DNA of 63,878 nt, the filler included, from Octopus bimaculoides (taxonomy: Eukaryota), in NCBI RefSeq assembly GCF_001194135.2. It is 7 parts of 6 records of this genome, joined end to end, with 100 filler letters (N's around TTAATTAATTAA, not from the genome) between each part and the next. Parts side by side here need not be neighbours in the genome. Positions count along the whole stretch, not along the records: positions 24,286 to 38,331 come from NC_068983.1; 6 more parts are not named here. The stretch is one strand, 5' to 3'. The notes beneath the pieces were generated by a model. It ran no database searches. It worked only from the letters and a program-made list of their open reading frames with translations, and had not been told where the DNA came from. Shown one piece after another: positions 24,328 to 35,098 of this stretch (the stretch's first letter is position 1; the number at the start of each line of letters is the position of its first letter). The translations under genes were made by a program, and so were the position numbers.

Positions 24328-24480
24328 TCGAAAAATACCTTTGGAATGAGAACCCAGGTTCGAAATTTCCCCCCCAGACACCTGATGAAGGCTGGAGGGT
24401 ATATCAGCCGAAATGTTGTGTTAACAACAAACAAGATGAGGACAAATATCCATCAAATGTAAATAACGTAAATAATGCAA
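24320..24480. repeat. Dispersed repeat abutting (AAT)n, carrying a hammerhead motif
   Basis: TTCGAAATTTCCCC..AGACACCTGATGAAG...CAAATATC..TCAAATGTAAATAA recurs at 52451-52515. Confidence 0.75.
24376..24422 (+). ncRNA. Minimal type I hammerhead ribozyme motif
   Basis: Stem I GACAC/GUGUU; core CUGAUGA plus one extra A; stem II GGCUG/CAGCC with a 10-nt loop; GAAA; loopless stem III (AAUGUU, one change from palindromic AACGUU); putative cleavage triplet GUU at 24415-24417. Confidence 0.7.
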
Positions 24481-24603
24481 ACAGGTATTATTTAACAACT
24501 TTTTGGCTCTGCCTTGAGGAATATTCGCTAAAAAAAAAAAAAGACTGAATCTTTTATCAATTATCTAAGATTCAACTCTTCCGTTATGTCTTATCAGTTA
24601 GAC

Positions 24604-24964
24604 CGGTGGTTCTCAACGAGGCGCCCCCACATTACCTGGTAAAGGGGTCTATATAAGATTTTGGTGGGGGTGGGAGGTCCACGTAAGCAAATTAGTAGTT
24701 CGGAGATCCGCAGTGTCCTTTTAAGGACCCCTGAAAAAAAAATTTGTTTTACATGTAGCTCAACGTATTTCTTGTTAACTTATATAAATGAACAACTGAA
24801 AAGCATTAGGAAAAATAGTTTTAAAACATAGTTTAAAAAAATAGTTTTAAAACATAGTTTTAAAACATCGGCTGACTGTGAGGTGGGGGGGGGGGTCTAC
24901 CAGAAAAAAATTAGTAATCAAATGGGTCCATAGGTAAAAAAAAAAAAATGGTTGAGAAACACTG
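24604..24964. mobile_element. hAT-superfamily MITE (Charlie-like ends)
   Basis: 14-bp TIRs CGGTGGTTCTCAAC / GTTGAGAAACACTG; perfect 8-bp TSD AGTTAGAC at 24596-24603 and 24965-24972; no ORF. Confidence 0.92.
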
Positions 24965-25129
24965 AGTTAGACAATACAAAGTTCAGAAAGCAAATTATTT
25001 TGGGGCCTTAATCCGTATGGCCCTGATATTAGGGTCTGTACTGTAAATACCAGAATTTGATTAAATCCAGAAAAAACTTAACAAACCTTGTGAAGAATTT
25101 TAAAATCGATATCATTGTTAATAAGAGAA

Positions 25130-25290
25130 CGATGCAGAACGTTAGAGCAGAATGTCTTTGGGGTATTCTAGTTTTTAGCACTTTACGTTCTGAGTCCAGT
25201 TATCGCAGAGGTCAACTTTACTTTTCATCTTTCCGAACTCGATATGGTAAAGAGCCAGTCAATTACTGGTATCAATATGACCAACTGCTC
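25130..25290 (+). mobile_element. SINE family C, degenerate
   Basis: ACGTTCTGAGTCCAG...GAGGTCAACTTTACTTTTCATC core. Confidence 0.6.
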
Positions 25291-25394
25291 TCACACTGGC
25301 AAAAATTTAAGGTCTGTTTTATGTAAATTATTAAGGTCAACATCAAGGTTGCGAATTGGCAGAATCCTAAACGCGTCGGGAAAATGGCTTCAGT

Positions 25395-25620
25395 CTTTTA
25401 CTCTTTCCTATGTTTCAGTCATTTGACTATGGTCATGCTGGAGCACTGCCTTAAAGGGTTTTAGTGGAAGAAATCGACCCCAAGACCTAGTCTTTGTAAG
25501 CCTAGTACTTATTCTATCGGTCTCTTTTGCCAAACCGCAAAACGTAAACACACCAACATCGGTTGTCAAACGATGATGGTGAGGGGAGGGAACAAACATT
25601 CACAAAGACAGACCCACATA
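25395..25620 (-). mobile_element. SINE family B 3' half
   Basis: TTTCAGTCATTTGACTATGGTCATGCTGGAGCACTGCC...CCAACATCGGTTGTCAAACG. Confidence 0.85.
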
Positions 25621-25643
25621 GATATACATTTATATGTATATAA

Positions 25644-25877
25644 AGGGAAAAGAAAGAGAAGAAAATAGAGAATAAATGTCTGTAATTACTGATTTATTTG
25701 GATGTTATAAAAAGATGACATTTTTTTTTTAATGAAAAAAACAATTGATTGGAAGTTCAAAGTTTCAATTTATTTATTTGTAATGTTTATTTAAAAAAAA
25801 CGTCATCTTTCTACAACATCCAAATAAATCAGTAATTACAGCCATTTATTCTCCATTTTCTTCTCTTTGTTTTCCCT
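25644..25877. repeat. Fold-back/MITE-like palindrome, ~95-bp arms, ~40-bp spacer
   Basis: GAGAATAAATGTCTGTAATTACTGATTTATTTGGATGTT is the near-exact reverse complement of AACATCCAAATAAATCAGTAATTACAGCCATTTATTCTC. Confidence 0.9.
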
Positions 25878-26096
25878 CAAATTTCAAGAACCCTAAACAT
25901 ATACCAATGACTTTACCATTATATGATAGGGATTAAACCAGTAGAATACCTTGGGTTATATAATCCCTAATGAGGATATAACTTCCTCGAATTACCTATG
26001 TATATATATATATATATATATATATAAATTTTATTTTTCAGAATGAGATAAAAAAAACCAAGGGTGTGTATATTTTAGAACATTTATAAATAGAAG

Positions 26097-26144
26097 GTCT
26101 TACAGCTGTTTCCAGGATATTTATTATATCTCTTCATCGGAGAC
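26097..26144 (-). ncRNA. Minimal type I hammerhead-like motif with variant core
   Basis: Minus strand: GUCU-CCGAUGA-AGAGAUAU AAUAA AUAUCCUG-GAAA-C AGCU G-UA-AGAC. Stem I GUCU/AGAC and a palindromic stem III (CAGCUG) are present; U4 is C. Confidence 0.6.
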
Positions 26145-26281
26145 GGTGTGAGAGGATGGTTAAGCAATAGTTAAGTTAGATAAGATACGAAATAGAGAGT
26201 GCAGTGGATGAATGGAAATAGATGTGAGATATTCAGGGATATTGCATTTGTAGATCCATTATTTAGGCAGAATGGTATTCA

Positions 26282-26401
26282 GGCAACAAATGTAGGCCGT
26301 GCAAAACCAAGGCTGCAGACATCAACCGCATTATTGCCAAATATGAAAAAATGTCTCCCGCATATTATCTTCTCGTAAGACATGATGCGATGGCCAAAAG
26401 A
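26282..26401 (+). mobile_element. R2/R4-type (RLE) non-LTR retrotransposon zinc-knuckle remnant
   Basis: GNKCRPCKTKAADINRIIAKYEKMSPAYYLLVRHDAMAKR resembles the CxxC...H...C knuckle followed by RHD found upstream of the restriction-like endonuclease; the H and last C are mutated. Confidence 0.6.
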
Positions 26402-26754
26402 AGTCTGGAAGAGGATAACAACATAGAATAGTGGTGTAATTTCCAAATTAAAACAGTCACCAAGTTAAAACGGACAATGTTGTGAATGAAAGATGTACTA
26501 ACTAAATAATGATTTCGATTAAATATAGATTTCACCAAAGCACTTACGCGTACTTATGACCCTGTAGCAAAGTGTGAAATTAATATGTTGATAAACAGGA
26601 TGACAGATCAGTAGAACCGGTAGAGCGGCGAACAAAATACCTTGCAGTATTTTAGTTACGGCCCTTTGTGGTATGAGTTCTTTGCGTGCCATTGTTCCAA
26701 GAATCGATAAAATAAAGAACCGATCGAGTGCTGAGTAATATTATTGATTATCCT

Positions 26755-27180
26755 AAGGCGGTAAGCTGACAGAATCATTAGCACGCCGGATAGAATGCTT
26801 AGCGGCATTTTGTCCGTCTTTACATTCTGAGTTCAAATTCCACCTAGGTCGGGCTTGTCTTTCATCCTTTCAGGGTCGATAAATTACATACCAGTTGCGT
26901 ACGCGTACTGGGGTCGATCTAATCGACTGGCCCCCACTCCGCAAAAATTTCGGGCCTTGCGCCTAGAGTAGAAAAGAACCATTAGCACGCCCGGCGAAAT
27001 GCTTAGCGGCATTTCGCCTGTCTCTACATTCTGAGTTCAAATTCTGCCTAGGTCGGCTTTGTCTTTCATCCTTTCGAGGTCGATAAATTAAATACCAGTT
27101 GAGCACTAAGGTCGATTTAATCGACTGGCTCCCGCCAACCCGCCCCGTAATTTCTGCCCTTGTGCCAAAATTTGAAATCG
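26755..27180 (+). mobile_element. Two tandem SINE family C copies
   Basis: Each has GAAATGCTTAGCGGCATTT-like, GAGTTCAAATT (B-box) and GTCTTTCATCCTTTC.GGGTCGATAAATTA motifs; second copy starts near 26977. Confidence 0.88.
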
Positions 27181-27769
27181 ATATTATCGATTTCTGATTG
27201 GCAAAGTTAAAGGATATTATGGTCAATTTCATCTACTCTGCCCACCACCCGCCACTTCATAACTTGGACTTTTAATGTCGAAGTTAAAACATTATTATTT
27301 TATTCTTTTCAGCAAAGCCGTGAACCCGAATACTATGTTTTTAGATACCCTGGGTGTCACATGTCTGGCAATAACGTCTGTTACTTCTCCTTTATTTGTT
27401 ACAACTGTTTCTTTTTTTTTTTTTCATTTAATTAAATTTTATTTATTAATTGATTTATTTTTTTAATAATGCCAGGCAACAACTTGAAGCAGATATTGCA
27501 TTGCACAACCGACCAACAACTGCATGTCTGAACTGTGATTAAAAGAAATCTTGGATGGAATTAAATGAGTTTATTTTCCGGGAATTTGGCATATGAGAAT
27601 CCGAAAACCTTGTCTTCGGTAACATGTAAGTATTAAAAGTAAAGCAACGAGATTTAATCGCCTTATTTATTGATAGAAACGAGTCTTTCTGAGTTGAATT
27701 TTCAAACCCTCTGACCGATGGGATCGACTCAACCGGTCACACGTCAAAGATTAAGCAATTATTATCATT

Positions 27770-28035
27770 AAGGTGGCAAGCAGGCCGAATCGTTACCGCG
27801 CCGGACAAAATGCTTAGCGGCATTTCTTCCGCCTTGACGTTCTTAGTTCAAATTCTGCCGAGGTCGACTTTGCCTTTCATCAATTTCTTTTACTTGTTTC
27901 AGTCATTTGACTGCAGCCATGCTGGAGCACCGCCTTTAGTCGAACAAACTGAGCCCAGAACTTATTCTTTGTAAGTCTATCGGTCCCTTTGCCGAACCGC
28001 TAGTTTACGCGGGCATAAACAAACCAACGTCGGTT
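27770..28035. mobile_element. SINE family C 5' part (+) joined to SINE family B 3' half (-)
   Basis: Family C sequence ends at TTTGCCTTTCATC (~27882), followed by TTTTACTTGTTTCAGTCATTTGACTGC. Confidence 0.8.
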
Positions 28036-29011
28036 NNNNNNNNNNNNNNNNNNNNNNNNNNNNNNNNNNNNNNNNNNNNNNNNNNNNNNNNNNNNNNNNN
28101 NNNNNNNNNNNNNNNNNNNNNNNNNNNNNNNNNNNNNNNNNNNNNNNNNNNNNNNNNNNNNNNNNNNNNNNNNNNNNNNNNNNNNNNNNNNNNNNNNNNN
28201 NNNNNNNNNNNNNNNNNNNNNNNNNNNNNNNNNNNNNNNNNNNNNNNNNNNNNNNNNNNNNNNNNNNNNNNNNNNNNNNNNNNNNNNNNNNNNNNNNNNN
28301 NNNNNNNNNNNNNNNNNNNNNNNNNNNNNNNNNNNNNNNNNNNNNNNNNNNNNNNNNNNNNNNNNNNNNNNNNNNNNNNNNNNNNNNNNNNNNNNNNNNN
28401 NNNNNNNNNNNNNNNNNNNNNNNNNNNNNNNNNNNNNNNNNNNNNNNNNNNNNNNNNNNNNNNNNNNNNNNNNNNNNNNNNNNNNNNNNNNNNNNNNNNN
28501 NNNNNNNNNNNNNNNNNNNNNNNNNNNNNNNNNNNNNNNNNNNNNNNNNNNNNNNNNNNNNNNNNNNNNNNNNNNNNNNNNNNNNNNNNNNNNNNNNNNN
28601 NNNNNNNNNNNNNNNNATATAAAACATTTATATAGCGATAAACATACATTCAAAATTTATTTCATTATACTTCATTTCTTTAATTTAACCCTCCCACCAC
28701 TATTTCGTGCACGCCCATTTCCCATACAGCTTATAACTATAACTATTGTCATGTCTCCCCCTCTATCATTTCTATATAGCTCTCCCTTTACCATGCTCCT
28801 CCCAGCACCACTTCATTGCGCCACCCGCGATGGCTCCGTTTGCCTTACCGTGATTTGCCTCGATTTCTCTTTGTTCCACCCACTCGGGTTTTATTGTTAC
28901 GTTTTGTCTGTCAGTCATTTAGCGTGTTTTAGCTGTTTTTGTTGTTGTTTACTTTCCTTAACGACTTCCCTGTAGTATAGGTTTTGTGTGTGTATGTACG
29001 CGCGCGCGTCC

Positions 29012-29042
<31 letters not shown>

Positions 29043-30169
29043 TGAGTGTGTGTGCGTGTTTTAGTACCCGAACAGATGCTTAGATCTGAACGAGAACTTA
29101 ATACAGCACCGATTACGTGTGTGTGTGTGTATGTGTGCGTGCGTTTGTGTGTGCGTGCGTTTATGTGTGTGTCTGCAAGGAATGGAAGACATAGGATTAC
29201 GATCCTAAAATCNNNNNNNNNNNNNNNNNNNNNNNNNNNNNNNNNNNNNNNNNNNNNNNNNNNNNNNNNNNNNNNNNNNNNNNNNNNNNNNNNNNNNNNN
29301 NNNNNNNNNNNNNNNNNNNNNNNNNNNNNNNNNNNNNNNNNNNNNNNNNNNNNNNNNNNNNNNNNNNNNNNNNNNNNNNNNNNNNNNNNNNNNNNNNNNN
29401 NNNNNNNNNNNNNNNNNNNNNNNNNNNNNNNNNNNNNNNNNNNNNNNNNNNNNNNNNNNNNNNNNNNNNNNNNNNNNNNNNNNNNNNNNNNNNNNNNNNN
29501 NNNNNNNNNNNNNNNNNNNNNNNNNNNNNNNNNNNNNNNNNNNNNNNNNNNNNNNNNNNNNNNNNNNNNNNNNNNNNNNNNNNNNNNNNNNNNNNNNNNN
29601 NNNNNNNNNNNNNNNNNNNNNNNNNNNNNNNNNNNNNNNNNNNNNNNNNNNNNNNNNNNNNNNNNNNNNNNNNNNNNNNNNNNNNNNNNNNNNNNNNNNN
29701 NNNNNNNNNNNNNNNNNNNNNNNNNNNNNNNNNNNNNNNNNNNNNNNNNNNNNNNNNNNNNNNNNNNNNNNNNNNNNNNNNNNNNNNNNNNNNNNNNNNN
29801 NNNNNNNNNNNNNNNNNNNNNNNNNNNNNNNNNNNNNNNNNNNNNNNNNNNNNNNNNNNNNNNNNNNNNNNNNNNNNNNNNNNNNNNNNNNNNNNNNNNN
29901 NNNNNNNNNNNNNNNNNNNNNNNNNNNNNNNNNNNNNNNNNNNNNNNNNNNNNNNNNNNNNNNNNNNNNNNNNNNNNNNNNNNNNNNNNNNNNNNNNNNN
30001 NNNNNNNNNNNNNNNNNNNNNNNNNNNNNNNNNNNNNNNNNNNNNNNNNNNNNNNNNNNNNNNNNNNNNNNNNNNNNNNNNNNNNNNNNNNNNNNNNNNN
30101 NNNNNNNNNNNNNNNNNNNNNNNNNNNNNNNNNNNNNNNNNNNNNNNNNNNNNNNNNNNNNNNNNNNNN

Positions 30170-30200
<31 letters not shown>

Positions 30201-30215
30201 ATCTGTCTATATTTA

Positions 30216-30475
30216 GTGGAGGTGTGTGGTTAGGGTATTCGGTTCACGATTGTAAAGTCGTGAGTTCGGTTCCCAGTAGTACCTGTATTTCAAAGGGCCA
30301 GCCCTGTCACACTCTGTGTCACGCTGAATCTCCTTAAGAACTACATTAAGGGTACATGTGTCTTTAGAGTGCTCTGCCACATGCACGTTAATTTCATCAG
30401 CAGGCTGTTCCGTTGATTGGATCAACTGGAATCCTCGTCGTCGTAACCGACGGAGTACCAGTAATTTATTTATAT
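30216..30475 (+). mobile_element. SINE family A copy with internal deletion
   Basis: tRNA-like head (GTGGTTAGGGTATTCGG...GAGTTCGGTTCCC) joined directly to the GTATTTCAAAGGGCCAGCC...GACGGAGTACCA body seen at 165-345. Confidence 0.85.
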
Positions 30476-30999
30476 ATCTATGAATATATCTATCGACCGA
30501 TCGATCTATCGATCTTTCAGACAGTCTATAACACAGATAAACGCGTGCACACGATGACATTTACTGAGTAGAAACACGTTTCCACAGACCGTCTCTTGCT
30601 TCAATGGCAAAAATATTAACTTTTGGAGAATTCTCAGTTCGTTAAATTATTTACCCTTCTGATTTGGGGTCGGCCCCAGTTGTCCCAGGAGACAATTATG
30701 CTACCAGCTCTGGAAACGTAGATGAATGCAATTACATCCAGAATCAATCTTGCATGGTATTTAATATAGCCTTGGCAACTTCACAGTTATTTCCAAGACA
30801 TTGCTAAAGATCTTAAGCATTTGGCACCGAGAATAGCAACAGATTTTGAATAGATTTTCAGGAGAAGCTAACACAGAAAATCTTGTCAACTTACCTAATA
30901 TTGGTGTTCATAAACTCAACATAATATTTTTCTAAAATGCGATTTCTACCATAAGCATGGCGTCTAAAACATTAAAGCAAGATCGCCACATTTAATAAT

Positions 31000-31690
31000 A
31001 TCGATTTCTGTATTTAAAAAGTGCCTTATTTTATCGACCTCGTAAGTTTGAAAGGCGAAAATATCCCCCAGAAAGATTTGAAATCTGCGGGTAATTAAAT
31101 ATCTCAAGGCATTTTGTTCGCTTCTTTATCGATATTGCTAATCCACTATTTAATATTAATGGTTTCAAATTTTGGTCTGGTCACAATTTTTAGGGGATTA
31201 CATCGACCTCAGTGCTCAGCTGGTACTTTAATTTACCGATTCCGAAAAGACGAAAAGCAAAATCGAACTTTGCCGGATTTGAACTTAGAACATAAAGCGC
31301 CAAAGGAAACGCAGCTGTGGGGTTTAGAGACGTGCTGCCGATCCTGCCAGCTTGTCACCTTCCGATTTCTCACCAACAAAGAAGGTTTCTAACTTAAGTA
31401 GAAAGCTCCTTGTTTTATGAGGGAGTGAATCATATTTTACTTGTACCAGACACTGGGTTCCAGACATTCTCTTCTACTCTAGGCACAAGGCCTGAAATTT
31501 TTAGGGAGGTGGGTGGGCAGTCCATTAGATCGATCCCAGTACGCAACTGGTGCTTAATTTATCGACCCCGAAAGGATGAAAGGTAAAGTCAACCTCAGTG
31601 GAATTTGAACTCGGAACGTAAAGACAGACGAAATACCGCTAAGCATTTTGCCCAGCGCGCTAACGTTTCTGCCAGGCTAGCCACCTTTGG
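31000..31690 (-). mobile_element. Three SINE family C copies of differing age (about 31000-31110, 31160-31350, 31485-31685)
   Basis: The best copy has ATCGACCCCGAAAGGATGAAAGGTAAAGTCAACCTCAGTGGAATTTGAACTC. Confidence 0.75.
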
Positions 31691-31699
31691 GTTCCAGAC

Positions 31700-32010
31700 A
31701 TTGGGCCCAGTACTTATTTTATAAAACTTGGTACTTATTCTATTGGTGATTTTTGCCGAACTGCTAACTTACAGGAACGTAAACAAACCAACAACAGTTG
31801 TTAAGCGGGGGCGCGGACAAATACAAACACAAAAGTGTGCACACAGACACTCACACATACAGAAGCAGGGTTTCTCTCAGTTCCCGTTTATCAAATCCGC
31901 TCACAAGATTTTGGTCGGCCCGGGGCTACAGTGGAAGACACTTGCTCAAGGTGCCACGCACTAGGACTGAACCCGGAACCATGCGGTTGGGAAGCAAACT
32001 TTTTTACCAC
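31700..32010 (-). mobile_element. SINE family B copy lacking extreme 3' end
   Basis: Both internal halves present; head ends near GCAAACTTTTTACCACACAAGCAC. Confidence 0.8.
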
Positions 32011-32059
32011 ACAAGCACGCTATATCGATCATAATTTTTGGTTGATTATTTTATCAATC

Positions 32060-32510
32060 TTTAAGGTGGCGAGCTGGGAGAATCGTTAGCACGCTGGACG
32101 AGAAGCTTTGTGGTGTTTCGCTCCGATCTTAGTTCAAATTCCGTCAAGGTCGACCTTGTCTTTCATCCTCTCGGGGTTGATAAAATACGTACCAGTTGTG
32201 TACCGCGGTCGATGTAAAGGACTATAACCCAACCCCAAATATCAGGCTTTGTGCCCATAGTAGAAATAATAATAATAGTTATTATTATTATCAAGGCAGC
32301 GAGCTGGCAGAACCGTTAGCACGCTGGACGAAATGTTTAGTAGTATTTCGCCAGTCGTTCCGATCTGAGTTCAAATTCTGCCGAGGTCGACTTTACCTTT
32401 TATTCTTTCGAGATCAGTAAAATAAGTACCAGTTAAACACTGGGGATCAATGTAATCGACTCACCGCCTCCCTCCAAATTGCTGCCCTTGTGGCAAAATT
32501 TGAAACCATT
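32060..32510 (+). mobile_element. Two tandem SINE family C copies
   Basis: Heads GGTGGCGAGCTGGGAGAATCG (32065) and GGCAGCGAGCTGGCAGAACCG (32294). Confidence 0.85.
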
Positions 32511-32639
32511 ATTTTAACCATCTTTCACTGTGGGTTAGACGAAAAGGCATCTAAACGTTATCAGTGTTTAAGTATTGGAATGCAGCGACACAATTTGGAA
32601 TATAGTCAGAGGTATTGCTTTAAAAGGCTTTAAAATTCA

Positions 32640-33110
32640 TTTGTAGACATTAAAATACGTGTATAGACATCGGTATATATTCGAATGTTGAATCTTATAA
32701 GCATTGAAAACTGAAAATCAATATATAAGCTATGAAATACATTTATAGGCATTAAAATATATTTATAGATGTTCAAATGTATTTATATGCTTTGAAATAT
32801 ATTTATAGGTATCGAAATACATTTACGAGCATTGAAATACATTTACAGGTGTTGAATTACATTTATGGGTTTTGAAATAATTTAATAGGCATTGGAATAC
32901 GTTTATAGGCGTTTAAATATATTTATAAGCGTCGAAATATGTTTTATGAGTGTTGAAATATATTTATGACTTTTGAAATAATTTAATAGACACTGGAATA
33001 CGTTTGTAGGTGTTTAAATATATTTATAAGCGTCGAAATATATTTAGGATCGTTGGATAAATTCACAGGCATTGAATTAATTTTATAGATGCTGGTATAA
33101 ATTTATAGAT
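32640..33110. repeat. Degenerate 20-bp AT-rich minisatellite (~22 units) with a 101-bp higher-order duplication
   Basis: Unit consensus about GCATTGAAATACATTTATAG; block 32871-32942 repeated at 32972-33043. Confidence 0.85.
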
Positions 33111-33559
33111 CATTGTTAAAATTCATTTGTTAACTTTGGAGTACATTTATTGAAGTATGCACATTGAATCGTAAAAGAATAGTAGCGAAAGGCATATAGT
33201 AGTAACAAATGGTATGATATTAGAATGATGACAACTTTTTATACTAAAATAACTTCAAAGAAGGAAATTCAAGGTTTTTTTTCATGATACTGACTTCTCA
33301 CAAGTACTCAAAATGCAGAATAAGACGATTGTGCGCAGCAGTCTAGACGCTGAGAATTTGGCACGTCTTATTAAACATCCAATTTCTTTTGGCGACAGTA
33401 TTTTTTGGCACTGGAGGCAAACACACACACGCACAGGCAGGCAAGAATATAAAACTTAGAGATCCGGAAAAGATACTACAAGATACAACAAGCATATAAC
33501 AGAAGGAAGGGAGACTGTCTCTCTCTAAAGTGTCATATAATTCACCAGTTATTCACCAC

Positions 33560-33780
33560 TTGCCTTCCAGCCTACGAGGAAGACTGCGTGGTGGTCACTT
33601 GACTTGCTAGAACTAACAGTCAAAGCTTCCTCAAATACACCACTCACATTGCACCTGAGGTACTAAAGGACATGATGATCTCAGCTGGAATGTCTTTCAT
33701 CGTAGATCTCCTGAATCAGGGCTAAACCACAAAAGTACAATAAAAACAACAGAAGCAACAACAACAACAATAGTAACAAT
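33560..33780 (+). repeat. Repeat family X copy
   Basis: GTGGTCACTTGACTTGCTAGAACTAACAGTCAAA...GCTGGAATGTCTTTCATCGTAGATCT...(AAC)n. Confidence 0.55.
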
Positions 33781-34377
33781 AATAAACAACAAAAAAAAAC
33801 GCTTGAATTCTTGGTTTCAGATTTTAGTAGAGTTACCTACCAGAAGAATTGACTCAAAGAGGACGAAAACTACAGGAGTATCAATTCATGTTTCGGAAAT
33901 TAAAAACTGCGTAGCATGAGAGGGAAAAAGAAAGACAGAAAGAAAGAAAGAGAGAGAGAGAGAAAGAAAGAGAGAGAGAGAGAAAGAGCGGTTTGCTGCT
34001 TAGCTGTAGAACATGAAATATATAATTTCTTTATTGTACGGTACCGAATTGGCTCAAAGAGTTCTCATGTTTAAGGAATGTTTCAATCAACAACAACAGA
34101 ATTTGTTTATCTGATTCCACTTTTGAGAGATTTCAGTTGTTTCCAGAATAATCCTTTCTATTATAGCCACAAGGCCTGAAATTCTAGGGGTAGGGACAAG
34201 TCGATTACAACGACCCCAGTACTCAATTGGTACTTGCATACTGTGTATATCTTTTTTTTATCTCTTTTCACTCTTTTTTCCCTTTCTTTCTTCCTATCTT
34301 TTGTGGAAGCCCAAAGGCAAATTGTAAACTGTCCTTGTAATGCCTCCTCACCTGATACACCTGTGGCAAAAAGAAAT

Positions 34378-34402
34378 TATTATTATTATTATTATTATTA
34401 TT

Positions 34403-34444
<42 letters not shown>

Positions 34445-34452
34445 ATTGTTAT
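34378..34452. repeat. (ATT)n-(GTT)n microsatellite
   Basis: Direct reading; further (ATT)n at 34722-34784 and (ATT)n(AGT)n at 35010-35097. Confidence 0.95.
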
Positions 34453-34720
34453 TATTTGAAAACTTACAGCTTATTTTGCTGGGTATGATGGAAAGGGTCA
34501 GCTGTCCACATCCAGCAGACTGAGTTGACACTTGTTTACTGATCATTCTTCGAGAACCCTGCGAAGAATTCTTGCAGTTCGAAGCAATGCTGATTTTTGT
34601 AGGTGGTCTACCTTTACTTTTGTACCAATCTTTTTTAGCCATGTTGGTAACTGAGTGATGATACTTCCAAGTGCACCAATTATTATTGGTATCATGTCCA
34701 CTCTCTTCATTGACCACGAC

Positions 34721-34784
<64 letters not shown>

Positions 34785-34786
<2 letters not shown>

Positions 34787-34990
34787 GGCGTTGAGCTGAC
34801 AGAAGCGTCAGAACGCCGGACAAATGCTTAGCGGCATTTCACTTTCTGAGTTCAAATTCTGCCGAGGTCAACTTTGCCTTTCATCCTTTCGAGGTCTAAA
34901 AATTAAGTACCAGTGAAACACTGGGGTCGACGTAATCGACTATCCCCCTCCCCCAAATTTCAGGCTTTGCGCCGATAATAGAAAGGATTA
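34785..34990 (+). mobile_element. SINE family C copy inserted between (ATT)n tracts
   Basis: GGCGTTGAGCTGACAGAAGCG...GAGTTCAAATTCTGCCGAGGTCAACTTTGCCTTTCATCCTTTCGAGGTC. Confidence 0.85.
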
Positions 34991-35011
34991 TCATTATTAT
35001 CATCAATATTG

Positions 35012-35098
<87 letters not shown>

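Noticed and set aside
25966-25995. CTAATGAGGATATAACTTCCTCGAATT, hammerhead-like
   Set aside because: Both core halves are mutated and the stem overlaps the core; not supportable alone.
30897-30965. Possible 69-nt minus-strand exon (RHAYGRNRILEKYYVEFMNTNI) with GTAAGT donor
   Set aside because: Only one open frame, no recognisable homology, and it may be part of an old transposon end; cannot be supported.
5690-33780. Apparent plus-strand-only orientation of repeat family X
   Set aside because: A minus-strand copy exists at about 13310-13480 and the sample is too small.
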